Part shown: in pieces, positions 29,174 through 39,597 of the stretch
Layout of the letters: every line of letters starts with the position of its first letter
How positions within the stretch are numbered: the first letter of the stretch is position 1
Assembly (NCBI GenBank): GCA_963753595.1
Contig: CAVWCX010000003.1
Span: 1-64,000 of the forward strand
DNA length: 64,000 bases
Reading direction: 5' to 3'
Source: Candidatus Methanoperedenaceae archaeon
Lineage (GTDB): Archaea; Halobacteriota; Methanosarcinia; Methanosarcinales; Methanoperedenaceae
Notes under the pieces: generated by a model
The model's database searches: none
Told to the model about the DNA's origin: nothing
The model's input: the letters and a program-made list of their open reading frames with translations, nothing else
Translations under genes and position numbers: made by a program

Positions 29174-31574
29174 CTACTTTAACTCCACAAAGAAATAAAC
29201 ATTGCCTTCGTTCTTGATCTTTGAAGGTATACCGGTTTCATAATTATGAGATGAATTTCCAAGGCCCGCTGTATCAACATTGATCCCTGTTATAAACACA
29301 AGTTCTTCACCATCGTCCCCATAATCGCCATCCCCATCATCTTTAGTTGTGTCCCATAGTATTCCTGTAATGAAGGTAGAATTCTCTACTGAAGTATAAT
29401 TGGTGGTATTTGTACTATTGACGATCGCAACCTGGTCTATTGTCCTCCCATAAACCGTGAAACTCGTGACGTTCCTGGGGGCAGTACCATTCAGGCCGAA
29501 AAGTTGTGTGATATTATTGTTAATAAAACCTGTTGCATTGCTGCTTCCAGGTGTCATGTTGAGAAGCTCATCTGCTCTTTGGAAATTGTCCTGTGCTATT
29601 TCCCCGTTCTTTTTCCTTCCCATGGCCTGAAGATTGTTAAAATCAAAGTACGGGATGTTGGAAACAAAAACATTTCCCTGATTGGTATCCCATTTCCAGT
29701 TGATGAGAGAATTCCCCGTTTTCCCTCCGAGGGTAATGTTCCCGGAAATGTTCCCATAGTATTTTTGCCATGCAGAGACATTAATATTTTTTGAAGCATT
29801 GTTGTTACTATCATCAGTCTCGACAAGGGTATTTTCAGGATCTGTTTTTATAGAAATATTGTGGGTACCTATGATAGAATTCCAATAAATAGTGGCATTA
29901 TGACTTTCCCCTGCGCTGATATTTGTGATAGTGGCATTTGCTATATTATTGCCAGGATCCGGAGGGCCGTCATAGAAACTCACATTAATATTACTTGCAT
30001 CTCCCAATCCGCTATTATAAACAGTAGCATTTATGGTTACATTCACGCTTTCTTTGACCTCGCCATTTTCATTTTCAGATGGTATATAGGAGAAAGAAAT
30101 GTTTTCCTGCGCCATAACAAGGTCTGGCTTGTAAATAACGTTAATTGTCCAGTTCCTGTGGTCATTGTCAATGCTGCTGCTTATCGTTGTGTTGATGTAA
30201 TGCAATCCGGATTCTAAAAAATTTTTCGAAAAATTATCAAAATCATGTAACTGGTCTGTACCGTCATAAGTCCAATTATAGGTGCCCGTATGGTTCGCAG
30301 TAACATTGAATAGGACACTTTCATTAATAAAAACCGTTATATCGGCACTTCTGTCATTTGTCCTGTTATTGCTCCAATCGGTAATTGTAAGTTCAGGTTC
30401 GATCCAGGCGGTCATGTTGATACTATTATTGGCATTGCCTGAATAATCGTACGCTGTTATCGTAAGGTTCATAAATTCCGTGCTCTGTCCCCTGTCCGCT
30501 ATTATTGCCGTATTGATCCAATAGTCTCCCGTAAGGGTCAGCATAGCCTCATTTATAGTGGAGTTTATCGCAGAAACATTGACAGTTGCATTATTTACTC
30601 CAGGGAAGGCATCATTTATAGTGGCGTTCAAAGTCAGAAAGCTGCCATTTGGCGATATTAAATTATTTGTATTTGAGGTGACCACAGGGGGATCATTATC
30701 AATGCCTGCTGTCATGTTAGTGCTATTATTGATGTTGTTTGCATTATCATAAACCGTTATCATAAGGTTCTTCAGATCCATTGGTATTATTCTTATCAGC
30801 TATTATGGTCGTATTAAGCCAATAAGGCCCGGTAAGAGTGAGGAACGCCTCATTTATAGTGGAGTTTACCGCAGAAACGTTGACAGTTGCATTGTTAACA
30901 TCGGCTAAAGCATCGGTTATGGTCGCGTTCAAGGTCAAAACGGTACCGGTTTTAACATATAAGTTGTTGGTATTGGATGTTACGGATGGTGGAGTTCCAT
31001 CCACGATCAGGGAAAGGAGGGGGCTTATAATGGAATAATTGTAGAAAGGGGATTCGGATTTAGTTGATCCATATCTTGCCTCTGCAACGATATAATATAT
31101 ATTATCACTATCAGGAGCAGTAATTTCCCACGAATATGTCTGATTGATCGTAAGATCAATTCCAGCCTTTTGATTATAATTATATGGATCTATATTATTT
31201 TTTTCATCATTGGTTATGATCCAGCCATCATTCTTGATATTTCCTCCCGGATTTGAATAATTAACAAGCATTATTCCCATGGTATCATTTATATTTGAAT
31301 ACCAGGCTACTTTTGTGGTAACATTTATATTGATGTTAGTTTGTCCCGGAATATAAGGGCCTGCCGGGCTTTTTGATATTGAGATCGTCCCGCCGGGATC
31401 GTTCGTATGGCATTGACCGCCGCAATCAGGCCCTGCATTATCTTGTTGATCGACTGCAATAGATTGATTCAGGTCCTGGTCAGAAACTCCGCCATCCCGG
31501 GCAGCCGCCATATCTGCAAGCAGAATTGGAAGAAATATCAGAATCAGCAGCCAAAGCAATATATGCCGTTTCAT
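29174..31574 (-). CDS. Large secreted multidomain protein (CX3CH N-domain, two Ig-like repeats, CARDB, C-terminal WQ-domain); split by one indel near 30775
   Basis: ORFs 30747-31574 and 29174-30781 join inside an internal repeat (IADKNNTNG/LKNLMITVYD vs IADRGQSTEFMNLTITAYD); signal peptide; CARDB KPDL...DPENTLVETDDSNN. Confidence 0.75.
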
Positions 31575-31846
31575 ATATACTCACCATTTTTTTTCATATA
31601 TTACCATCAATTGGGGAATGCTATTTGTTTTTTTAATTTATCCTTCATCCTGCATAAGTTACTTCTGTCTTTATTCATTATTAGGGCCTATTACATCATG
31701 ATGAGCATGATAATATATATCTTTTTCCCCGAAGCGTTATATAATACTGAAGTCATATATTTATGATACGTATAATGATGAAAATCCACCGAAGTTGGAT
31801 TAAAAAAGATTTGCAATATATGCAAAAAATACGGAGGAATCAAAAT

Positions 31847-32563
31847 ATGAAGAATGGAAACTTTAATACAGTGCTGTCAACAGCTGTATTGGTTCTGGCG
31901 TTATTATTCATGGCTGAAACTGCATCTGCTGCCATAGGTGACAGCGATCTGGATCAAGCCTTATTAATTAACGGAACAAACGAAACCCAACCCCTCAGGA
32001 CGGGTGAACAGTACAATCAATCAGTCGGAGGATATATTACCCAGATTGATTTGTATGAACAAACTAACCAGACCCAGAATTGGCAGGGCTACTTTGGTAA
32101 CGTATCAGGAAATATAACATTGAGTGGCGCTGGCGGTACCGAGATGTATAATTGGACGGTCAATGTCACGAACAGATCTATTTATGCAATAGATAATGCG
32201 ACTTTTGCGGCCTGGGACACACTCTTTCCCGCTAATATCACCAACCTTGACGCAATCTGGTTTGGCAGTGAAGTAATGCCAGATACGGTCAAGAATACCT
32301 ATAAACCAGGTGATGGAAACAGGACTTTCGTAGATACATCAATAAATGCATCCCATGTGCATACTACAAGTGGTTTTTTAGACCATGTGATCCAGTCTGT
32401 TGATACTGATAATGCCAACCTGACTAAAGGGGAAGTATTATGGGCAGCCGTCGTTGTAGACCCCAAACTAAACTACAAAAACCAGTATTCAAACTATGAA
32501 TTGCTTGTTCCTGTAAATAAAACCGCACCTAATAAATACTATTTCTACATGGAACTTCCGTAG
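31847..32563 (+). CDS. Secreted, sequon-rich uncharacterised protein (WQGYFGNVSG family)
   Basis: GGAGG RBS before ATG 31847; Sec signal ending ETASA; C-terminus YYFYMELP. Confidence 0.85.
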   Translation: MKNGNFNTVLSTAVLVLALLFMAETASAAIGDSDLDQALLINGTNETQPLRTGEQYNQSVGGYITQIDLYEQTNQTQNWQGYFGNVSGNITLSGAGGTEMYNWTVNVTNRSIYAIDNATFAAWDTLFPANITNLDAIWFGSEVMPDTVKNTYKPGDGNRTFVDTSINASHVHTTSGFLDHVIQSVDTDNANLTKGEVLWAAVVVDPKLNYKNQYSNYELLVPVNKTAPNKYYFYMELP

Positions 32564-32567
32564 GCTT

Positions 32568-32598
32568 AGTTGGATCCTTGATCCAACTTCTTTTTTTT
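32568..32598 (+). terminator. Hairpin + T-tract terminator
   Basis: AGTTGGATC-CTT-GATCCAACT then TCTTTTTTTT. Confidence 0.7.
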
Positions 32599-32638
32599 CA
32601 GGCGAAGGTTTAATATATAAGAGTATATTATCATAGTA

Positions 32639-34381
32639 ATGATGAGTTTAACGTACAGATTATTAGTATTATTTTTGCTGGGAATATCGATACTAAGCGC
32701 CTCTGCAGCACCCGATCAGGTGGTTATTGATTCCGCAGACTGGCAGGATGTTTACCTTGGGGCACATTATGGCGGTTTTAATAATATAAAATCTAATTTT
32801 CTCATAAGCAGTGAAGATGCTTCAATACTCCTTGGAACATTGGATACAACTAAAAAAAACATACTCCTTTTGGAATCTGATAAAGCGCCTCTTGCTTTCA
32901 GTTATAAGACCAGCCTTGAAGGCGCTGGTTTTACGGTCGAGGAAATAATTGCCTCAGGAACCGCGCTTAATATGGAGCTTGCTAAAAGGGCAAATACAAG
33001 TGATTTCATAGTTGTAGACGATTCGACCGGATATAATGCCATTTCTATTGCGCCTTATGCTGCCCAGGAAAAATATTTCGTTCTTTTTGCAAATAAAAAA
33101 AATATAGATGAATTATACCCCTTCCTGAAAGCCAATGGTGTAAGTAGGATGATAATTTATGGTTTTTCGGATATAGAGGTCAAAAGCAAACTGGCTGAAT
33201 TCAAACCAGTTGTCATCAATAATGGATCAAGGTTCGATAATAATATTGACCTGTTGAAAAGATATAAAAGCATCCAGCAGCTAACCCTCACAAACGGGGA
33301 ATTTATCGAAGAAGGTATCATGGCAGGAAAACAACCCGTACTTTTGATCGGAAGAGAAAGAGTTCCCGACAGCGTGGTTGAATATATAAAAGAAAGCGGC
33401 ATAAAAAATGGCCTTGTCATCGGAACCGAACTTTCAGGTGTTGCATATCAGTTAAAACATGCAACAAATATGACTGTTTTTGTAAAGTTCGGCCAGGGTT
33501 TAGCAAATGGAGGCTCCTCCGAAGTCAAAGCGCTTGACATGTTCCCTATTCCGAAGTATGAGCTTGCCATTGATATTAATTCGGTTAAATATAATCGGGC
33601 TACAAAGGATCTTGAAGTGACTTATGAAAATAAGGGAAATATGGGGGCATACTTGAGGTCATCGATCGAAATTTTATCTTCAGGAATGAGAATAACAGCC
33701 CTTGGAGACCGGGAATCTGTCTATGTGAACCGCGGCAGCACGTTAACTGTAGCTTATAATACAGAATTGAACGGCCAGAACCTGACTGCAAAATTCACAA
33801 CGATGTTCGGTGAAGTCCCGGGATCGTTTGAACGTATTATTTCTAAGGAAATGAACATTGACATTATAGAGATATCAGATAGTTCATCGCTTAATATTTC
33901 AAAGGTTTCCTATGATAAAAAAGCTCATAAGATAAAGGTGGGGATCACGAATACAGGTGCAGTCAAAGCATATCTCAAGACCCAGGTAAAGTTCCTGGTA
34001 TATGGTGAAGAAACAGTTTTGGCCCAGGATAAAGCATTGCTTCTTGAACCAGGCGCCACAAAGGATGCAGTTTTTATCACAACCTTGAGCGACACAAATA
34101 TTGAAGAGAATCCCGATATCCATGTTCGCGTAAATTATGGTGAGAGAGAATCTTCACTGGTAAAAGTCATTGAAGGGGATTATCCCCTCCAGATATCAAC
34201 TGATTATGTTACCCCGATAATTGTATTAGTCCTGATTATAGTAGTAATATTGTTCCAGATGCAAAAGAAGAAAAAACTTGGGAAGTATTTTAAAAAATCG
34301 AAGGAAGGGAACACAGATGTATCCGATGAAATTGAGAGCACGGATGTACCTGCTACCGAAGATGAAACAAAAAATACCTGA
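32639..34381 (+). CDS. Membrane-anchored surface protein with CWB2-like repeats and Ig-like domains
   Basis: Signal peptide; NAISIAPYAA..VLFA / QPVLLIG...LVIG / NGSRFDN resemble cell-wall-binding repeat 2; C-terminal TM + KKKK. Confidence 0.75.
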   Translation: MMSLTYRLLVLFLLGISILSASAAPDQVVIDSADWQDVYLGAHYGGFNNIKSNFLISSEDASILLGTLDTTKKNILLLESDKAPLAFSYKTSLEGAGFTVEEIIASGTALNMELAKRANTSDFIVVDDSTGYNAISIAPYAAQEKYFVLFANKKNIDELYPFLKANGVSRMIIYGFSDIEVKSKLAEFKPVVINNGSRFDNNIDLLKRYKSIQQLTLTNGEFIEEGIMAGKQPVLLIGRERVPDSVVEYIKESGIKNGLVIGTELSGVAYQLKHATNMTVFVKFGQGLANGGSSEVKALDMFPIPKYELAIDINSVKYNRATKDLEVTYENKGNMGAYLRSSIEILSSGMRITALGDRESVYVNRGSTLTVAYNTELNGQNLTAKFTTMFGEVPGSFERIISKEMNIDIIEISDSSSLNISKVSYDKKAHKIKVGITNTGAVKAYLKTQVKFLVYGEETVLAQDKALLLEPGATKDAVFITTLSDTNIEENPDIHVRVNYGERESSLVKVIEGDYPLQISTDYVTPIIVLVLIIVVILFQMQKKKKLGKYFKKSKEGNTDVSDEIESTDVPATEDETKNT

Positions 34382-34401
34382 CCAAAATTAAATTCTATCT
34401 G

Positions 34402-35373
34402 TCATCGGTTAAGCCCGCCAGTCATCTTTGAACCGATATCTTTTGATTTGAGGTTAATTGCTATAATTATTTTTCCGATAACGATGAAAATAACAACACC
34501 AATTGCTACCTGTAAGGGATATAATAGAAGCATTCCTCTGGGAATAATAGTCGGTAACAATGATATCGCTGCGGCAGGAGGAAAGACAAATTGCATCCGA
34601 TGGAATAAAAACAGAATCCATATAACAATGCATCCAGCTGTAATCCATAAAGGCCAATTTAATAAAAAGTGAGTTACTTCAACCCACAGTATCCCTGAAA
34701 TGGATGCAAGCAAAAGCAACAAGAGAAGATGTACCGGCTTTTGGCAGACCTGGCCGCAGGGATGTGCAAATTCAATAAATGTAACGATCAATGGTGGTGA
34801 TATAATATAAATCCATTTTGATTGAAAAGCAATTATTAAAACAAAAACGACCCCGATAAAAAGCATTAACCAGTGAATGGGTTTCAGTGTTTCCCGGGTT
34901 TTTCGCTCCTCTTTATTTAAATATAAAGCGGCTGAATGCTCACTAAAATGAAAGCGAGCCAACAAACCCCTGCTGGCATAGACGCACCCTGAGAATATGA
35001 AGACAGAAAGCGGATAATAAAGACTGTCGAAATTTAAAAAAATCGGTAGAATAGCGGCTGATATCGATGGTAAAACGTTCGAACGCAACAGGTATAACTG
35101 CAAGCCGACAAGGAGAAAAGTAAAAGCAATTAGAATTTCGGGATCATAAGGCAGAAAGTGAAGTACTCCTACACCGGTTATTGCAGCTAAAGTGGGCGAC
35201 AAACATAAGTAAAGAGGTTTATCTGCCAATGGTGAATTCTCTATCAACCAGGCCGCAATAATTAAAGTTGCGATTTCAGGAAAAATAATTTCTTCGCCAA
35301 TAGTCGCAGATGCTACAAAGAACATAACAACTACTAACAAAACTGCTGCAAGGGGCGCTATCATTCTTTTCAT
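34402..35373 (-). CDS. HPP-family-like integral membrane protein
   Basis: IIFPEIA, ISPPL, FPPAAAISLLP; multi-TM. Confidence 0.7.
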   Translation of the reverse strand: MKRMIAPLAAVLLVVVMFFVASATIGEEIIFPEIATLIIAAWLIENSPLADKPLYLCLSPTLAAITGVGVLHFLPYDPEILIAFTFLLVGLQLYLLRSNVLPSISAAILPIFLNFDSLYYPLSVFIFSGCVYASRGLLARFHFSEHSAALYLNKEERKTRETLKPIHWLMLFIGVVFVLIIAFQSKWIYIISPPLIVTFIEFAHPCGQVCQKPVHLLLLLLLASISGILWVEVTHFLLNWPLWITAGCIVIWILFLFHRMQFVFPPAAAISLLPTIIPRGMLLLYPLQVAIGVVIFIVIGKIIIAINLKSKDIGSKMTGGLNR

Positions 35374-35417
35374 TTTATAATTCTATACCAGACTGTGAAA
35401 TCATTATGGAGCCTCGG

Positions 35418-36056
35418 TTATTTTCCTGCAAGCATCTCCCTGATTTTTTGTCCTGTTTCTTTTGCTTTCTCAATGACATCCTTTTGGTCTTCTATTGCAA
35501 TATATTTATCCTTTGATGGCACAGCTCCTTTGCCGAACAACAGCGGAACTCCGCTTATTTTGCAGGCGCCTCCATATCCGCATGAAAGGCAGGCGATGTT
35601 TCCTGTTCCGCTTACTTTCCCGACAACATTGATCCCTTCCATTTGCATAAAAGCAGCGATCTGGTCAGCGGCCTGGTCTACGCTTGGTATTCCCCGCCCG
35701 ACCCCGACTGCTACTGCCGCTCCAATTTTACCTTTATTGAGCATTCTTTGATGATGCATGGAATACATGCGTTCAGTCAGCATTTTTGTTCTTGAGTCAA
35801 GAGTACCATAGGTAGGATATCCGCCAATAACAAGAGCTGCACATTCTTTGATCTTATTTTCAATGATATGCCAGTCGTCCTGCTGCCTGCAAATGTTGTC
35901 CCTGGCACAGCCAAGGCACGCCCTGCACGGATGTATATCGTATTCTGAAAGTTTAACGAATTCATAATCAAGACCCGTTGCTTCAAGAACTGTTTTGACC
36001 AGCCTGTCGGTATTACTGTTTTTAACAGGGCTTCCGCTTATTCCTAACACTTGCAT
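35418..36056 (-). CDS. Flavodoxin-fold iron-sulfur flavoprotein-like protein
   Basis: GISGSPVKNSNT; CRACLGC....C; extra CLSCGYG..C. Confidence 0.85.
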   Translation of the reverse strand: MQVLGISGSPVKNSNTDRLVKTVLEATGLDYEFVKLSEYDIHPCRACLGCARDNICRQQDDWHIIENKIKECAALVIGGYPTYGTLDSRTKMLTERMYSMHHQRMLNKGKIGAAVAVGVGRGIPSVDQAADQIAAFMQMEGINVVGKVSGTGNIACLSCGYGGACKISGVPLLFGKGAVPSKDKYIAIEDQKDVIEKAKETGQKIREMLAGK

Positions 36057-36784
36057 TTTGAATCGCCTGCTGTTTTCCTGCTGTTCTTGATCCTCTCTTT
36101 AATAAGTCTCCCGATCCTTTCAGCTTCTGCCATTACTTCGGGTTCATCCTTCACAGACCTATAACTTTTCAGGATCCTGGCAGAACCATGCTGGTATGGC
36201 TTGTTATCAGGCAGCAGTTCAAGATATCCTTTATATGCCTCTTCAACGCCAAGGTTCATCCCGGTCAATTCTTTCGAGTATGCGTTCCAGACAGTATAAT
36301 TGCACGTCTCACCGGGCCCGCACACAAAACAGCATGGCGTACCTTTTGCTGTCATACCCCCGACTATCTCCATGCCCCCGGCGCGAAGACCATTTCCCAG
36401 CCATTCACCAACCATTTTTTCAGCAGCCACTCCGACAGCGACTGTTGCGGCAAGTTTCCCCCCTGTAAGGAGTTTTACGTGCCTTTTTGAATAAAGCCGC
36501 TCTATGAACGCTTTTGTAAAAGCGCTTGCTGCGCCGTAGAATGTTGATGAACCGACAACGATAGCATCTGCTTCCATTACCTTTTTTGAAAGCCATTTGA
36601 AATCGTCATTGATTATGCATTCATTGGTCTGGACGCATTTCATACATGCGATGCAGGGACCTACTTTTATAGATGAGAGCTTGAAAAACTCGGTTTGTGC
36701 GCCTGTGGCGTCAAGTATTGCTTTTACCAGCGTATCTGTGTTGCTGTCCTTTGTCGGACTGCCGCTTATTCCTATAACTTTCAT
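36044..36784 (-). CDS. Flavodoxin-fold iron-sulfur flavoprotein-like protein
   Basis: GISGSPTKDSNT; CIACMKC....C; CCFVCGPGETC. Confidence 0.85.
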   Translation of the reverse strand: MKVIGISGSPTKDSNTDTLVKAILDATGAQTEFFKLSSIKVGPCIACMKCVQTNECIINDDFKWLSKKVMEADAIVVGSSTFYGAASAFTKAFIERLYSKRHVKLLTGGKLAATVAVGVAAEKMVGEWLGNGLRAGGMEIVGGMTAKGTPCCFVCGPGETCNYTVWNAYSKELTGMNLGVEEAYKGYLELLPDNKPYQHGSARILKSYRSVKDEPEVMAEAERIGRLIKERIKNSRKTAGDSKCKC

Positions 36785-36813
36785 AAAATATACCTCTTAA
36801 ACCAATTTCTTAT

Positions 36814-37342
36814 CTAAGTCAGCGGTACAGCAAGAGAATCCAGGAATTTATTGTAACCTGTGAACAGTTCCATGACTCCAAGCACCTCTACGATCTGGCT
36901 GTCTGTAAGACCAAGGGATTTTAGTTCATCTGTTTCAGCGTCGGTAATCTTATGCGGAGTGAGCGTCGCTTTCTTTGCATATTCCAGGATCTTTTTGTCC
37001 CCGGGCGAAATCAGGGGACTTTCAATGTTTTTTGTCAGGTCATCTATTCTTTCCTGGCTGAATCCCATCATCGAAAGCGCCATTGAGTGTGAAGCCCACA
37101 GTATTTACAGCTATTTGCCGCAGATACAACTACTGCTATCTGTTCCTTAAGCTCCCGCGGGGAGGTCCCCGCCCATCAGCAATACCTTTGTCTTTTCCCA
37201 GTTCACTTTGCAGAAGCGCCGGGAAGTGGGCATAGGTCTTGAAAAGGTTCGGGACCATTCCGAAAGCTGCTTCTATATCTTTATAGACCGCTCCGACTTC
37301 GTCACTTGATTCGTAATTTTCTATAAGTTTTATTCTTTTCAT
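36814..37342 (-). CDS. AhpD/carboxymuconolactone-decarboxylase-family peroxidase-related protein (frameshifted)
   Basis: Pieces FGMVPNLFKTYAH, LKEQIAVVVSAANSCKYC, ASH, TPHKIT..ELFTGYNK across 2-3 single-base indels. Confidence 0.75.
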
Positions 37343-37375
37343 GTTGATCACTTTTTAAGATAAAATAAACAGGGC

Positions 37376-37615
37376 CTAGAGCCCTGCTCTTTCAACGATT
37401 ACATCCGCAACCTTTTTTGCGTTCTTAAAAGGAAAATCGCTTGCTTTCAGCAGTTTTCCTGCCTGGCCTGCCGTTACTTCAAGGTCGCCTGCCTTGCATG
37501 TGGTATTGGCGCCGTCCGGGAATGCAGACAGGAGCTGTTCCGGCGTTTTTATCGGGAACTTTGCGCCTGCAAGTCCTCCTACGATCTGTGCATGAATCTC
37601 TTCTTTTACGCTCAT
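37376..37615 (-). CDS. MTH865-family protein
   Basis: FPIKTPEQLLSAFPDGANTTC...DFPF. Confidence 0.85.
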   Translation of the reverse strand: MSVKEEIHAQIVGGLAGAKFPIKTPEQLLSAFPDGANTTCKAGDLEVTAGQAGKLLKASDFPFKNAKKVADVIVERAGL

Positions 37616-37776
37616 GATTTTTCCTCCGTCATTGCTTTTATCTCACCTGCTGTTTTTGAGATAGGGCAGCCGCTGGCATGTTTTTCACATTTGAAACATG
37701 CGCTTTTTACGGCATCTAACGACTTCTGCGCTTCTTCTTTTGTTACTTTTTTGTTTGTATATTTCCATTCAGGCAT
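37612..37776 (-). CDS. 54-aa Cys/His microprotein
   Basis: MPEWKYTNKKVTKEEAQKSLDAVKSACFKCEKHASGCPISKTAGEIKAMTEEKS; GAGGTGA RBS; ATGA overlap with next gene. Confidence 0.75.
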   Translation of the reverse strand: MPEWKYTNKKVTKEEAQKSLDAVKSACFKCEKHASGCPISKTAGEIKAMTEEKS

Positions 37777-37923
37777 TTAATTCACCTCGATTACATATTG
37801 ACAGGTTATTGACATATACTTAGCCGTCATAAAACTATACCAACTACATTTTAATATACAAATATGACCTTTAAGGTTGTAATAGAAACCTTTTTAGCCT
37901 GATAAGACAAAACAACTTCTTAT

Positions 37924-38763
37924 ATGGTAAATAAAAAGGAGGACTCTTACAAAGAGATCCTCGAAATAAAAAAAAAGCTGTATGAGATACATAATGACAT
38001 GAAGCGATTTGTTGAGCAGTCAAGCCAGCAGCATCTTGAACATGTACTTTCGGGCTCCCGTACTAATTTTACGAATGCGATCATCGGGCATGTTCTTGAT
38101 GATATCGAAGGCGGTCTTGAAAGTAATATGGTCAAAAAATGCCAGATGCGGGATACCTGCAAATCCAACTTCACAGGATTCCTGCAAAAGAATGCAAGCC
38201 TGATAAACAATGAAAAGGTCGATGAAGATATTATTTTGAAAAACCAGTCGGATCTAAACGGTATGAGGAGCAGTGCCCCATCGAAGCAATGCGAGAAATG
38301 TTTTTCAAATGTCCAGACGCTTTTCGGGAAGCAGGTCGATCTGATGCGGTCACTGCAAATCTATAACACAGATAAAGAAAAGAAACAGGATATATTAGTA
38401 TTGCCTGACGAACTGGTTGTTAATGACATACTTGAGCCGATATCCAATAAACAGCGCCTTCAAATAATGAAAGCAATAGCAATAGAGACAAAAACCTTTT
38501 CAGCGCTTTCCGGACTCACAGGACTCAGGGGAGGGAATTTACTTTTCCATTTGCAAAAACTGCTTGACAGCGGAATGATCTTACAGCGCCATGAGCGGGG
38601 AGACTATATGATCACGGATAAGGGATTCAAGGTCTTAAGAAGTATAGGTGATATGTATTCAGTATTGAACCCTGAATTTAATGTATTCAGATATAAGGTG
38701 AAGTTATGGATACTTTGGATAATGAAAATAAGACGGAATTCCAGACCGTGGAAGAGCTTATGA
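37924..38763 (+). CDS. ArsR-type winged-HTH regulator with N-terminal Cys-containing domain
   Basis: PISNKQRLQI...LRGGNLLFHLQKL...RGDY; CQMRDTC, CEKC. Confidence 0.8.
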   Translation: MVNKKEDSYKEILEIKKKLYEIHNDMKRFVEQSSQQHLEHVLSGSRTNFTNAIIGHVLDDIEGGLESNMVKKCQMRDTCKSNFTGFLQKNASLINNEKVDEDIILKNQSDLNGMRSSAPSKQCEKCFSNVQTLFGKQVDLMRSLQIYNTDKEKKQDILVLPDELVVNDILEPISNKQRLQIMKAIAIETKTFSALSGLTGLRGGNLLFHLQKLLDSGMILQRHERGDYMITDKGFKVLRSIGDMYSVLNPEFNVFRYKVKLWILWIMKIRRNSRPWKSL

Positions 38764-39149
38764 TGACCCCTGCGCCTGAATTCAATGATGTTATGCGCTG
38801 CGTTTTTAAGATAAAGGATTATGAGATCGAGGTATATTTTTATCTTCTTGACCATCCCGGATCTGCTATCGCTGAAGTTTCAGAGTCTCTTAAAAAGGAT
38901 AGAAGTTCAATCCAGCGCTCACTTCAGACATTGATGGATAAAGGTATGATTGAACGAAAATTCAGGGTACTGGGCGCTGGCGGGTTTACTTATATTTACA
39001 CATCTGTCCCGATTGAGGAAACAAAAATGATAATGAACAGGGAACTTAATGTCTGGTACAGGATGATGGGACAGCTCGTAACCAATTTTGAAAAACATGA
39101 TCAGGTGTGCTTATTTTGCTCACAACCTGAAGAAGGATATTATCTATAA
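38706..39149 (+). CDS. TrmB-like HTH transcriptional regulator
   Basis: EIEVYFYLL...EVSESLKKDRSSIQRSLQTL...GGFTYIY. Confidence 0.8.
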   Translation: MDTLDNENKTEFQTVEELMMTPAPEFNDVMRCVFKIKDYEIEVYFYLLDHPGSAIAEVSESLKKDRSSIQRSLQTLMDKGMIERKFRVLGAGGFTYIYTSVPIEETKMIMNRELNVWYRMMGQLVTNFEKHDQVCLFCSQPEEGYYL

Positions 39150-39198
39150 GGTAAATATAGAATTTGTCTGAAAAAGGCATTAAACAGGAGTAAAGAAT

Positions 39199-39555
39199 AT
39201 GATAAAAGTAGCAATTGTAGTTTTAGCAGATACGGAAACGCATGGGGATATGGCCAGAGTTCACAATGCACTTCTGGCAGCAAAAGAATTCAAAGATGCA
39301 AAAGATGAATTTAAGCTCATCTTTGACGGGGCTGGAACCAAATGGATCAAAGAACTTTCCAAACAGGACCATATGTTTCATGAGTTGTTTGATTCAGTAA
39401 AAGGCAAATCAACAGGAGTTTGCAGTTTTTGTGCCGGTGGTTTTGGTGTCAAAGAGTGTGCAGTAGAATCTCACATTTCTCTCAGTGAAGAATATGAGGG
39501 ACATCCGAGCTTCAGGGAATTGATAGCAGAGGGTTACCAGATAATTACATTCTGA
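39199..39555 (+). CDS. DsrE-family protein
   Basis: LIFDGAG, VCSFCA, GYQIITF. Confidence 0.8.
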   Translation: MIKVAIVVLADTETHGDMARVHNALLAAKEFKDAKDEFKLIFDGAGTKWIKELSKQDHMFHELFDSVKGKSTGVCSFCAGGFGVKECAVESHISLSEEYEGHPSFRELIAEGYQIITF

Positions 39556-39597
39556 GTCCAGAATGCTCATTGAAAAATCGATTGAGCGGATTTATTT

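Noticed and set aside
36814-37342. Selenocysteine or pyrrolysine recoding in split genes
   Set aside because: Breaks are frame changes rather than in-frame TGA/TAG; CKYC is encoded by TGT codons
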